Below are positions 12,771 to 25,195 of a DNA stretch of 64,000 bases, one piece after another. The notes under the pieces were generated by a model. It had not been told where the DNA came from. It ran no database searches and was given only the letters and a program-made list of their open reading frames with translations. The stretch lies in NCBI RefSeq assembly GCF_006345805.1, contig NC_042998.1:47306001-47370000 (forward strand), in the 5' to 3' direction. Every line of letters starts with the position of its first letter. Position 1 is the first letter of the stretch. The position numbers and the translations under genes are program-made. This DNA comes from Octopus sinensis. Taxonomy: Eukaryota.

Positions 12771-13841
12771 CTCTCTCTCTCTCGAAGACGTATTAACGTT
12801 CATCTATTACCGAACAACCTGCACAACTGTTTTGTTTATATTGATCAAATGTATGTCCCGTGCATTAACTCAGTCAAATCGACGTCATCTGAACAGGTAC
12901 TCAGTGTACTAAGCGTCAGGTGGCGAAGTCATCACAGAGCAACTTGTGATGAAGTGTTTTTCTAAAGAATACAATGCACTACGCGGCCTAGGTGTTAAAG
13001 CAACGATCTCGCGTGCAACACCGTAACCAGTGGATCATTCGTCCGAATAAATATATATATATATATATGCGCTCTCGCGCGCGTGTGTGTATGCACGAGC
13101 AAATGTACATATGTTCCAAATTGTGAGACACAATCTTCTACCTAGGTAGATTAAGTTTCGTATACATACAATATGTTTTCGAAAGCACGTTAAAGGTTAT
13201 GTAATGGGTTTTCGAAATATATTTTTGTTTTTATCTAGTGACAGAAAAAAATTTACGAATATTGTATTTCCCCAGTTAATTCGATAATCACCTTTCCACC
13301 TCCGGTCACTTCAGCAATGTAACTACACACGTGCTGTAGGTATTTTTTTTTCTTCTTTGGCCTTTTGCTTTCTCTCTTCACCCTTTCCGATGATGATCTA
13401 TGCTCGAAGTGTTAGAAGCTCTCTATTTTTACTGAGCATCGAACCATGTGCACTTCCTCTTGTTGCTTGCTATTTTTTTCAATGTTCGCTCCACTTATAC
13501 GAGTTCGAGTTGCTTGCTGCGCCTTTGTTTTGTTTGGACATCGTAATTCCTGGATTTTCCTGAAGAGAAAGCTGCAATATGGTATCTTTATTCATTCAGA
13601 ATTTGGAAATTTGTGGCCTTTGAAACATGGTAGAATGTAATAAAAGGAATTCTGTAGAATCTTCGTTCAGCTCCATTTCTTCCATTCACTAATTATATTA
13701 ACTTCAATTATCGCGCCAACGCACGGTTGCAACACCCTATGGTCATAACTCCAACCGTGTTTTTTCTTCTGTGATTTTTGCTACCCAGGTATCGCTTAAA
13801 CTTTTGAATAATCCGTAACAAGATAATTCATCTTTCCATTT

Positions 13842-13888
<47 letters not shown>

Positions 13889-13914
13889 ATATATATATAT
13901 GTATATGTATATCA

Positions 13915-14071
13915 GCGCAGGCGTGGCTATGTAGTAAGAAATTTGCTGCCCAACACATACTTCGGGGTTCAGTCCCACTGCGTTGCACCTTGGGCAAGTG
14001 TCTTCTACTATAGCCTCTGTCGACCAAAGCTTTGTGATAGGATAGTAGACGGAAACTGAAAGAATCCCGTC

Positions 14072-14073
<2 letters not shown>
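13915..14073 (+). mobile_element. SINE family B head and core
   Basis: gcgcaggcgtggctatgtagtaag...ggaaactgaaagaatcccgtcg. Confidence 0.85.
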
Positions 14074-14115
<42 letters not shown>

Positions 14116-14214
14116 TATATATAAATAAATATGTATGTATGCAGCTATGTATGTATGTTTTTTGTATTATATATATATAAATATACATATACACACACAC
14201 ACATTTATCATTTA

Positions 14215-14441
14215 TCTTATAGTTGTTCCTGTCATTAATATACAGCCATGTTGGCCCCTTCTTGAAGAATTAATTATCGAATAAATCGACCACATTATAT
14301 ACTCTTTTGAAGCCTGGTATTTATGCTGTCCTCCTTTTTTGTCGAACCGCTTAGTTACGGGGAAGTAAACACAACTTACTGTTTGGTTAGTGCTGGTAGG
14401 GGACAAACACAGGCAGAAAGACACAGTCTCCCCTCTCTCTC

Positions 14442-14474
<33 letters not shown>

Positions 14475-14655
14475 GCACACACACACACACATGCACACAC
14501 TTATAAGTATAGACGACTCAGTTTCTATCCACCAAATCCTTCGATTGCAATCTACCAAATACACTAACAAGGCTTTGGTCGTCTCGAAGATATAGTAGAA
14601 AACACGCTCCCAAGGTGCCATAGAGTAGGATTTAACCCGACTGTTAACCGAATCA
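14215..14655 (-). mobile_element. SINE family B, diverged, nearly full length
   Basis: 3' domain at 14215-14420, (CT)/(CA) spacer, core at 14510-14655. Confidence 0.7.
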
Positions 14656-15005
14656 CGTTGCTGTACTTTCATAGATTGTGATTTCCATTGGGTTCCATCA
14701 TACTCTCTGTCTTCGCAAGAAAATCCACCATCGGGAACAAACAAAATAAAACGGACATAAAACAAATGAGCGAATAGTTTACTATATGGTGAGTACATTG
14801 TATCACACTTGAAGTTCTGCGTTACTGGTTGAAACACTCAGGAAACACATTGAGTTAATCTATTTTACTTTTAAGGCATTTGGTGTATAGTTTTTACTTA
14901 CTACTACTCGTATCCTTAAGAGATTTCCATGAAATCTATATATTTGTGTTATATATATATATATTATATATATATATATTATATATATTATATATATATA
15001 TAACT

Positions 15006-15059
15006 TATATCACTGACGAAGGAGGGTTCTTACGACTAACCCTGAAATCGTCCGATATG
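15006..15059 (+). ncRNA. Candidate minimal type I hammerhead ribozyme
   Basis: Stem I TATATC/GATATG; CTGACGA at 15013-15019; stem II AGGGTT/AACCCT; GAAA at 15044-15047; GTC at 15050-15052. Confidence 0.6.
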
Positions 15060-15325
15060 GTATAATGGAATTTTTTAGAATTTTCTGTCGGCTTTTTTTC
15101 GAGTAGAGTGCGTATTGTGATAATTTATATGGTAATGGACAATATGTCCATTTTCGGCATATTTGGCATTAGAAATTTTTCGTTTGATCTTATTTATAAG
15201 TTGTTTAATAATTTTAACCTTTAAAGGTATTTTTTAATATGCTGGCCATTGATATAAAAAAATTTTTCGAAAAAGTTTTATCCTACATTAAATATATATA
15301 TATAATATTATATATATAATATATA

Positions 15326-15401
<76 letters not shown>

Positions 15402-15419
15402 AGATAGAGATAGATAGAT

Positions 15420-15463
<44 letters not shown>

Positions 15464-15953
15464 TGCACGCATAAATATGTAGTGTGCGTACTTTGTAATG
15501 TGACCTCATGTATTAGACACACTTAACAATATTATCTGCTCTCTTCTGACTTGTATGTAGAATTTTGAAATGGATATATTTTAGTATACCCATATCTAAT
15601 TCAGTAGCCGTGAGTAGTTTCAATACAAATGACGTACGGATTATTTGTTCCTGGAACAATTGTATTTTCTGAGATCAATTGGTACAAAAACATATGCCGA
15701 TGACCTGTGAATCCTCCATCACTATTTCAAGAATCACAGAGGAGAAAATCCCTCACCACTTACATCATTATGATGTAATCTCCGGTATTTTCCGAAATGA
15801 TGATAAATAATGTTTGCCATTGTCAAATATGTTCAATCTCCTTACTCACTAGTTCGCTAGTTCATATTCTCTACATTATTTATCTCGTGAAAATCATCAT
15901 GCCAATAATAAACCCACGCACTGGTTCTACTTCACATTATTATTATTATTATT

Positions 15954-16506
15954 GAGTGAGAGAGCAGTTCATGCCATCAAAGTGACACTGGGGTAAAATA
16001 TACGAAGCCCAATATACCCATCATGACTACCCGTCTGATAAGGGTACACCAGGCACATGCATCACAACCATATGTGCGCGACATGGTGATCTCATATCAA
16101 GATAAACAGCACATGACCTTGCAGGTGGGGCCCAGTTAGAATTTTCTTCAGGTTGAGTAGCCCATCCCGCTCAAACGGTCCCTGAATAAGGGTTGTTTAA
16201 GGATGTTGAAAGAACCACCCATGTTTCCAGAGGTGAACTATTCAAACCCCAAAGAATCCCTCTCAACACATGGCTATGATGCTCCCCCACTACTTCTGCT
16301 CGTGATCAGAGGTGCACATATCGTCAGCCACTAAGGGACATGTTCAACTGGTTAAGGTCAACAATGACAAGCAAATCTGTGGTATTGAGCAGAATATTGC
16401 GCTGTAGCCCATCTTTTATACCAAGACAAAACAAGTACATGATAACACTTCAATCAGTTAAGATCAGAAGCCATGAGAGCCACTGCCTGGTACTGCATCA
16501 GGGCAT
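15954..16506 (-). mobile_element. Element E, copy 2 (full length, ~553 bp)
   Basis: On +: gagtgagagagcag...cctggtactgcatcagggcat, with (ATT)n flanks. Confidence 0.85.
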
Positions 16507-16535
16507 TTATTATTATTATTATTTTTTTTATTATT

Positions 16536-16637
16536 GAGTGAGAGAGCAGTTCATGCCATCAAAGTGACACTGGGGTAAAATATACGAAGCCCAATATACC
16601 CATCATGACTACCTGTCTGATAAGGGCACACCAGGCA

Positions 16638-16640
<3 letters not shown>
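16536..16640 (-). mobile_element. Element E, copy 3 (5'-truncated, 105 bp)
   Basis: Retains only the gagtgagag end, then runs into (ATT)n. Confidence 0.8.
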
Positions 16641-16716
<76 letters not shown>

Positions 16717-16717
16717 T

Positions 16718-17989
16718 ACTTTCAATTTGCAATAATTACGTCTTGTCGTTAGCCTGGTTCGTTCTGTTAGTATTGACTGGAAAATCTCAGAGGATAGTGA
16801 CATTTTTATCTTCAACGACAGGCTTAAGATGATGTTCATACCAGTAAGCAGGAGTGCTGATTTTGCAGACCTTACATAATTTCCTATGTAAATACTGTCC
16901 TACCCTATCGTGGCGATTTTTGTATTCGTTTGGTGTCAGTACAGGACATTCCGAGACGAGTTCTTTTATTGTTTCTTCAAATGTATCACAGAATCTGCAT
17001 TTAGATTCTAAACCGTTTTGAAGAACGTTAGTTTAGTAGTTTTTAGTAAGCAAGCTTTGATCTTATGTCGCCAATATGAAACCCTCAGTCTCCGCTTTCA
17101 GTTCTGAACTTCTCAGCCACTGAAGGGTTGTTGTTTGGTCGACATCAGTATTTCAACTTCGAAGTATATACTATCCCTCCAGAGGCTTCTGGCTCCAGCG
17201 CTCCTCAATTTGTTTCTACCCGTTCTTCTTTGCAGTCTGCTTGATCTATTTTGCTTATTTTATGGCAGTGGTTTTAGGTTCTTTATCTATTTCAGGGTCA
17301 ATGCTAAGTTCCCTTGCAAATTTGCAAGCTTCCTTGACAACAGAATGTGATTTTTTGCTGCTTACATGTTTGCACACAAGCCGCAGCACCCACTCGTCTG
17401 TACTGTTCATTGCTATTGTGGAGATCTTATAGCACATTTCTACCTGCATCATTCCTCTTCCTCCATTACTTCTAGGTAAGTACAGACGAATAACGTCTGC
17501 TTTTGGATGGTGCATGTTCTTAGATGCTGGTAGTGTTCTTGTGTTCCTGTCCAGGCATTGGAGCTCTGTAAGATTCCAGATAATGATGTTAAAACTATAC
17601 TGGATCACTGAAATGCCAGGATTTTAATGGCTTCGATGCGATTTTTCGAGCTGAGTTCAGTTTTTATTATGAGTCTTATTCTCCTGTAATACCCCTTTCT
17701 TATATTTTTCCTTCATAGTAGCATGTTGTATACCATCTCCTTCGTTTATCCCATGGTATTGATAATTTTCTTGAGAGTCAAGCTTCTTGACGGTGTGGCG
17801 TCGGTATCTAATTTACTGGAAGCTGTTTGCGTGAGTTTGTCTCTTACAAAAGTTCATTTAGCACACTTATCAAGGCCAAAATCTGTCCCGATGTCTTTGC
17901 TGAACTCTTTAGCAGTTGTTAGCAGCTCAACTAGCTTTTCGTCATTTCTAGCAAACAGCTTCAGATCGTCCATATAAAACAGATGGTTT
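16718..17989 (-). pseudogene. R4/Dong LINE fragment (subfamily b), from RT motif YMDD to the start of the RLE domain
   Basis: Minus strand reads NHLFYMDDLKLFARND, HHPKADVIRLYLPRSNGGRGMMQ and later VEDKNVTI...FPVNTNRTNQAN...DVIIAN, with stops and frameshifts. (ATT)n on both sides. Confidence 0.85.
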
Positions 17990-17995
17990 ATTGTC

Positions 17996-18212
17996 GTATA
18001 ATTATTATTATTCTTATTATTATTTTATTATTATTATTATTATTATTATTATATTATCTATTATCAGTATCATTATCATTATCATATTATTATTATATTA
18101 TTATTATTATTATTATCATTAGCATTATCGTATCATTATCATTATTATTATATTATTATTATTATTATTATTATTATTATGTTTTTTATTATTATTAGTA
18201 TTAGTATTTTTA

Positions 18213-18246
<34 letters not shown>

Positions 18247-18316
18247 TATTATTATTATTATTTTATTATTATGTATTATTATTATTATTATTATTATATT
18301 AATCATTATCAGTATC

Positions 18317-18347
<31 letters not shown>

Positions 18348-18464
18348 ATTATATTTTATTTATTATCTTATTATTTTATTTTATTATTATTATTAGTTTT
18401 ATTATTATTATATTATTATTATATTATTATTATTATTATTATATATTATTAATTATTATTATTA

Positions 18465-18501
<37 letters not shown>

Positions 18502-18596
18502 CATTATTATCATTATCATTATTATCATTATCATTATTATCATTATCATTATTATCATTTCATTATTCATTATCATTATTATCATTATCATTATTA

Positions 18597-18632
<36 letters not shown>

Positions 18633-18672
18633 GTATTATATATTATTTATTATTATTATTATTATCATCATT
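17996..18672. repeat. Long degenerate (ATT)n/(ATC)n array, ~680 bp
   Basis: Seen directly; lies between the R4 subfamily b fragment and the 3' end of LINE copy 1. Confidence 0.95.
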
Positions 18673-21600
18673 CAGTAGTATATTTTTTATATCGTGCTTT
18701 CACTTCACTACCGAGCACAGCTCTGTGTGCCTTGGGTATGTGCTGTGGTTTGTTGTGATGCTCTGTTGGTTATTGTATGGAAAGTGTTCTGCGTAGGATG
18801 TGTGCAGTGCCTAGTAGTGCAATTTTCTGTATGTTATATGTGTTTGTAAGTCCTGGTGTTTTTGTTATGTATTTGTCTGAATATTTTTTTATCATGCCTA
18901 ATGCACCTATTATGATAGGAATTGTTTTTGTTTTTAGATTCCACATTCTGGTTACCTCTATTTCCAGGTCTTTGTATTTTGAATGTTTCTCCATTTCTTT
19001 TAGAGACACTTTGTCATCCGCTGGTATTGATACATCAATCAGAAAACATTTTTTTTTCTTCATGATCTCTGACAACTATGTCTGGTCTGTTGGCCTTAAT
19101 TTATCTATCTGTGTGTATTGGCATATCCCAGAGTATGGTTGCCTTCTCGTTTGATGTGACCTTTTCTGGTGTGTTCCTATACCATCTTTTTCTGTTGTTA
19201 TTCCATAATATTGGCATAGTTTCCAGTGTATATAGGTCCCAACTCTGTCGTGTCTGTGAATATATTCCTTCTTGGCCAGGACTGGGCAGCCAGAGATAAT
19301 ATGATTTATTGTTTCTTGTCCATCTCCACATATTCTGCAGTTACTTGTTATATTTCTTTTCATTACATGTTTTTGGTAATTTCTGGTGGGGAGGCTTTCG
19401 TCTTGTGCTGCAATTAAAAATCCTCTGTCTCTGCTTTGAGTCCTGAGCTTCTCAACCATTGTTGGGATTTTTCGTTGTCTATTTCTTTTGCATTTAGTTT
19501 AGTCCAGTATTTGCCATGAAGGGGCTTTTCTTGCCATCGTTTTATCATGGTTCGTTGCTGTTCTATTTTTAGTTTTGATTTCATTTGTTTTATAGCTTTT
19601 GTTGTTTCTTCTTCTTCTTCTTCTTCTTCTTCTTCTTCTTCCTTCTTCTTCTTCTTCTTCTTCTTCTTCTTCTTCTTCTCTTCTTCTTCTTCTTCTTCAT
19701 ATTTGTTAGATGGTATTATTTTTGTTTGCATTTGTCAGCTCCTTAAATATGAGAACAGATTTTGCTTTGCTCGTGTTTTGGCGCTATTTGTATCAATTTT
19801 CCCCTTCTGAAGTAGATATTTCTGCAGTCCTATGGTGGTTATTTTATAGTAGTTTTCCAGCTGTATAAGGCCTCTACCACCATCTATACGTTGTATATAT
19901 AGCCTTTCTATGTCAGATTTTGGGTGTGCATCCTAGATCCTGTCATTATTTTTCTTGTTTCCTATCTATTTTGGTCAGTTCATTTAGGTCCAGTTAAGGA
20001 TATTGTAGCTGTAACTTATAACTGGGACGGCTAAAGTGTTGATACCTATTATCTTGTTTTTAGCATTGAGCTCTGTTTTTAGTATTGATCTAACTCGTCT
20101 TAATATTCTTTTTTTTATTTTCTCTTTCATTGTGTGCGTGTGTGTCTTATCTAGTTCATGGATTCCTAAGTATTTGTAAGTTTGGCTTTGGTCTAATTCT
20201 TTAATTTATTGGTTTTATCTAGTGTGATGTTGCTACTCTTAACAGTTTTCTCTTTTTCAGTGTACTTTGGCGCATTTCTCTAATCAAATTTCATATCTAT
20301 TTCTTTGGTAAATAGTAGTGTTTCCAGCTGTTTGTCATTTGTAGCGTATAGTTTTAGGTCATCCATATTATAAAGGTGGCTGATCGTTTTGCCGTAACAT
20401 TTATATCCGCATCCAGTTCTGTTTAGCATATCCGATAGAGGTGACAGTGCCAAGCAGAAAAGGAGTGGAGAGAGCGTATCTCCCTGGAATATTCCTCTTC
20501 TAATGGGGATGTCTTTGGTTTTCACAAGTCCCTCTTTTGTTTGGAGCTGCAGCACTGTTGCCATTTATTCATAGAGTGTCCTATGTATTTTATAATTTGG
20601 TGCAATTTGTTCATGGCTAGTGTTTCGAGGATCCATGTGGGGGGATGCTATTATCAAACGCCTTTTTGTAGTCGATCCAGGCCTACTGAGCCTTTCTTCT
20701 TTCTGTGGCTGTCTTCAGTTATGGTTTTATTGATCATTAGTTGATCTTTACAGCCATATGAGCCTTTGCGGCATCCTTTCTGCTCTTCTGGAAACAGGTT
20801 GTTTTCGTCCAGGTGCTTGTTCAATCTTTGCGATATTACTGCAGTAAATGCTTTGTTCATTGTAGGGAGACAGGTTATAGGTTTGTAGTTTTTAGGTTTT
20901 GCTGTCTCATTTGATTTGGGAATTAAGATGGTTTTTCCCCTTCGTGAGCCATTCAGGCATTGTCTCTGTCTCTGCCAGTATGTTGTTAAAATTTTCAGCC
21001 AGCCTTTTGTGCATTCCTGTTAGATATTTCAACCAGAAGTTGGGGACCTTGTCATGCCCAGGTGCCTTCCAGTTGCTTAGACTTTGCAGTGCCTGGGTGA
21101 CCTCTTCGGTTGTTATGGGGGTCCAAAGTTGCTCAGATGCTGAGTTTGTTGTTTTAATACTCCTTTTTTTTGGTTGTTCGTTCGCCGACCATATTTCTCT
21201 CCAGAATTCTTCCACTTCTTCTGCCGTTGGTGCTGCAGTGATTTCTATTTTATTTTTGCCAAGTTCTTGGTAGAACTTTTTGTGGTTGGAGTTGAACTGT
21301 TTGTTTTGTTCAAAAAAAACGTTGGCGTTTCTCGTACCGGCGGATCCTTCGTGCTTTGGCAAGGATATCTTGCTTTAGCTTTTCTTTTATCTCAGGTAAA
21401 TCTTTTTCTGTGGTGTTGTATTTGCAGAGTATTTTTGTTTTCTTTTTGTTGTTCAGTAGCGTTGATTGTCTACTGACTTCATTAAGAATCGACAGATCTT
21501 TTCTCATTTTTTGTATTTTGTTTTGGATGTTATTTATCCACAGGGTTTGTTTGGGTAGTGGTACTCCTGTTTGGATGGGTTTGAGTGAGTATCCAGCTTC

Positions 21601-22801
21601 TTTTGTGACTGCAGTGGCTGCTGCGTATACTAAGTCATTTAGCTCAGTGATATCGATTTTTGTTTCAGTGGCTATTAGTTCCGTGACGGCTAGGTTTATG
21701 TTGTTTATAATTGATGTTGTTGTTTTGTCTATTTTGATTTTTTGGAGGTATGGTCGGTGGTCCATTTTGAGCTCTGTGGTTTTCAGTCCTTTGATTATTC
21801 TACTTTTTATGGTTTCATAATCATTAGGCTCCCCTTCGTTGTTTCCAGGTTTTAGATTTGTGTCGCTTTCTTTTTCTCATCCGTATGTTTGTTGTCGTGT
21901 TTTGGTTGCTGTTTGTCGTGTATTATATGTATCCTTACGGTCTGGGTTTGGTTTTTTGTTTACATCGTTTTGTTGGAAATGTTACGTTTGTCTTCGTGTT
22001 TTACTGTTTCAGTGTTATATTATTGGCATTGTTGTGTGGCTTCTATCTACATTTTCCTGATGTATTTTTTCTTTTAAATGTTCTATTTTCTATTTCTGAT
22101 ATTTTTTTGCGTTGAGAATATATCTCCGTATATTGCTAGTTTATTAGGGTTCATTGTTGTATCCAGGTCTTTATTTATGTTATTTTTCTTCCATATTTTG
22201 TATGTATGTGTTGTTGTATTTTCATTCTTTGGGTAGAGCACTGCTGTAAAGTAAGCGTATAGGATAGAAATGTATTCATCACGTGTCCATTTATGTCTTT
22301 TGGGTTTTATTTGCGGGACATAAGGAACAACGTCCGGCCCATTATTTTGACGGTCGTCATTTTCGTAGGGTACCGGTCCGTTCATTTCTGTTGTCACATT
22401 GTTTTGCACGTGTAGTTTTTCTTACATTTTATGTTGTAAGTTTACAGTACGTACTTCCCGATTGTTATTCTTGGGTTGAATAATACCGGTATCATTTAAT
22501 TTATTCGTAGTTTTTTTGTACATGGTGTTTGGGGCCGGAGATGATCTGGTGTTGATGGATCGTAATGTATCAAGCATGTTTACATGTGTCGTGTTAGAGG
22601 TGGAGATGATATCGAGTTAAAATACATCATTTCGTTTTGAAAATAGTAATAAATTTCAATGAGTATTACTTACTCGGATATAGTCCAATCCTTTGTCAGT
22701 TATTTTTTAGCTCCATGCGATGTTTTTGTTTCTGATGTTAGTGGATAGATTTCGGAGGACTGTTTTATCGCTCTCACATGTTTAACGTCCCCGGTATAAT
22801 C

Positions 22802-22804
<3 letters not shown>
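18673..22804 (-). mobile_element. Full-length but degenerate R4/Dong LINE (subfamily a, copy 1)
   Basis: Colinear with 42151-46110, with the same 3' UTR and the same 5' end. It has many frameshifts; ORF fragments include GIFQGDTLSPLLF, YNMDDLKL and CRICGDGQETINHIISGC. An expanded (GAA)n lies at ~19606-19698. Flanks are (ATT)n. Confidence 0.92.
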
Positions 22805-22864
<60 letters not shown>

Positions 22865-22874
22865 TATTATTATT

Positions 22875-23573
22875 CTATGTTTGAATGTTTGCTTTATGTT
22901 CTGTACAAGTTGGCTCCAAGTCTCACCCAGAGACCGAAAGAGAACAGTTGGAAGTTCTGTGCCATATATTTGGGGGGGGGTTGCTTTTTTTTGTGTACTA
23001 GTGGATGTCTAATACATAAAATAAAAAAAATAAAATAAAAAAATAAAAATAAAAAAAAGTTTGTTTAAACCTTGGAATACATAGAGAGTATTTTGCGTAG
23101 GATATGAGCAGTTCCCATGAGCCATATCTTTTGAATTTTGCCATTTTGGGGTTCTGGTATCTGAGTTAGGTAGCAATCAGTCCCTTTCGCTATCATTCCC
23201 AGGGCACCTATGACAACAGGTATTGTTTTAGTCTTCAGCTTCCACATTTTGCTGATTTCTATTCAAGATCTTTATATTTGCTCAGTTTTTGGTAGGTCTT
23301 GACAGATACGGTTATATCGATTGGGACAGTCATATCAATGAGGAGGCATGTTCTTTGTCGGAAGTGTTCAATATGATGTCTGGCCTATTTGCATCTATCT
23401 TCCGTCAGTTTTAATGGTGAAGTTCCAGAGGAGTGAGATGTGGTCATTTTCAAGCACTGGAGGTGGATTGTGTTCCCACCAGTTTTTTTCATGGGGGCAA
23501 ATCCAGGTTTTTGCAAATTACCCAGTGAATATATTGTGCAGCTCTATCATGCCTATGAGGTACTCTGTGGCAT
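22875..23573 (-). pseudogene. 5'-truncated R4/Dong LINE 3' end (subfamily c): RLE domain plus a distinct 3' UTR
   Basis: Reads HRHDRAAQYIHW...ENDHISLLWNFTIKTD...NRPDII...KYKDL...MWKLKTKTIPVVIGALG...GTAHILRKILS; stop at 23065. Its 3' UTR differs from subfamily a and ends in (AAT)n. Confidence 0.85.
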
Positions 23574-23574
23574 G

Positions 23575-23786
23575 ATATTATTATATTATTATTATTATAT
23601 ATTATTATTATTATTATTCTTATTTTATTATTATTATATTATTATTATTATCATCATCATTATAATCATTATCATTATTATTATATGTTTATTATTATTA
23701 TTATTATTATAATTATTATTATTATTATTATTATTATATTATTATTATTATTATCATTATATCTTATTATATCATTCATTATTACT
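23575..23786. repeat. (ATT)n/(ATC)n array
   Basis: Seen directly, between R4 subfamily c and E copy 4. Confidence 0.9.
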
Positions 23787-24339
23787 GAGTGAGAGAGCAG
23801 TGCATGCCATCAAAGTGACATGGGGTAAAATATACGAAGCCAGTATTCCCATCATGACTACCCGCTGATAAGGGTACACCAGGCACATGCATCACAACCA
23901 TATTGCGCGCGACATGGTGATCTCATATCAAGATAGACAGCGCGTTACCTTGCAGGTGGGGCCCAGTTAGAATTTTCTTCTGATCGAGTAGCCCATCCCG
24001 CTGAAAAGGTCCCTGAATAAGGATTGTTTAAGGATGTTGAATGAACCACCCATGTTTCCAGAGGTAAATTATCCAAAACTCTGAGAATTCCTTTCAACAC
24101 ACGGTTATGATGCTCCCCCCACTACCTCTGCTTCTGATCAGAGATGCACATATCGTCAGCCACTAAGGGACATGGTCAACTGGTTAAGGTCAAACAACCG
24201 AGAAGAAAATCTTTGGTATTGAGCAGAATATTTGCTGTAGTCCATCTTTTATACCAAGACAAAACAATGTATTTGATAACTCTCCCAATCCGTTAAGATC
24301 AGAAGCCATGAGAGCCACTGCCTGGTACTGCATCAGGGC

Positions 24340-24341
<2 letters not shown>
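23787..24341 (-). mobile_element. Element E, copy 4 (full length, more diverged)
   Basis: Same two termini as copy 2, with more substitutions; (ATT)n flanks. Confidence 0.85.
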
Positions 24342-24396
<55 letters not shown>

Positions 24397-24439
24397 TATT
24401 ATTACAGTACGATAGCTGTAACGTCCACTTCAGCTCATA

Positions 24440-25195
24440 TAAATAATTAGTGGAGGAAAAGGGCAACGACGTTCTTGGGGAGTCTTGGGCGTCGAAGAAG
24501 ATCAGCTAGTCGCCCTTTTCAAGAGAACTTTCGGGCCGGACCGATAGATAATTTCCAAAAATCCCTGGCCTGGCTGCGCTAATTGGGAGCTTTGCATGTT
24601 CGAGATAAACTTTACAGGCACGGAAGTGCCGTCAGCCGAGCATGTCCGAGATGCGCGCAGGATGACGAGATGGTTCTGCATGCATTCATCCAGTGCCCGA
24701 GCAATGCTGACTTATGGGTTTATGTCGAACACCTGCTATTGTGTGGGGGACGGATCCAGCTGTCAACTGAATCCATCGTGATCGACCCGCTGCCCTCCTA
24801 TAACAGGGAAGAAAAGGTTGTTTTTATATGCCTGGTGGCCATGGTGAAAAGGGTTGGATGGTGGACGAGATTCACGGGGCTGAAGACAAACAATTTTCTC
24901 TTTGGCCTATCCCTGATGAACTTCTTCAAATCTCACTCGAAAAGGAAAATAAAGGGAGAGAGGGGAGTGTTGTCTTCTAGCCTGTTTGCTGAAAGGTAGA
25001 TGAAAGTGGCGAGAATAGTGCGAGTGAACGGGCCTGCTCTGAGCATACACCTGTAGTTGGAAAAAAAGGAAAGGAAGAAAGGCACCCACCTCAAAAGTTA
25101 GGGAACCCATGGTTTTTTTAATGGAGTTTTCCATGAGCAGTCCTAGAACATCTTCTCCGTATTGAGGATTACAGATTATTTATTAAAAAAAAAAT
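24440..25195 (+). pseudogene. Tx1/L1-clade LINE 3' fragment with C-terminal zinc-binding region
   Basis: Reads GALHVRDKLYRHG...CPRCAQDDEMVLHAFIQCP (CxxC..H...C), with frameshifts upstream and an A-run at ~25185-25195. Confidence 0.8.
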
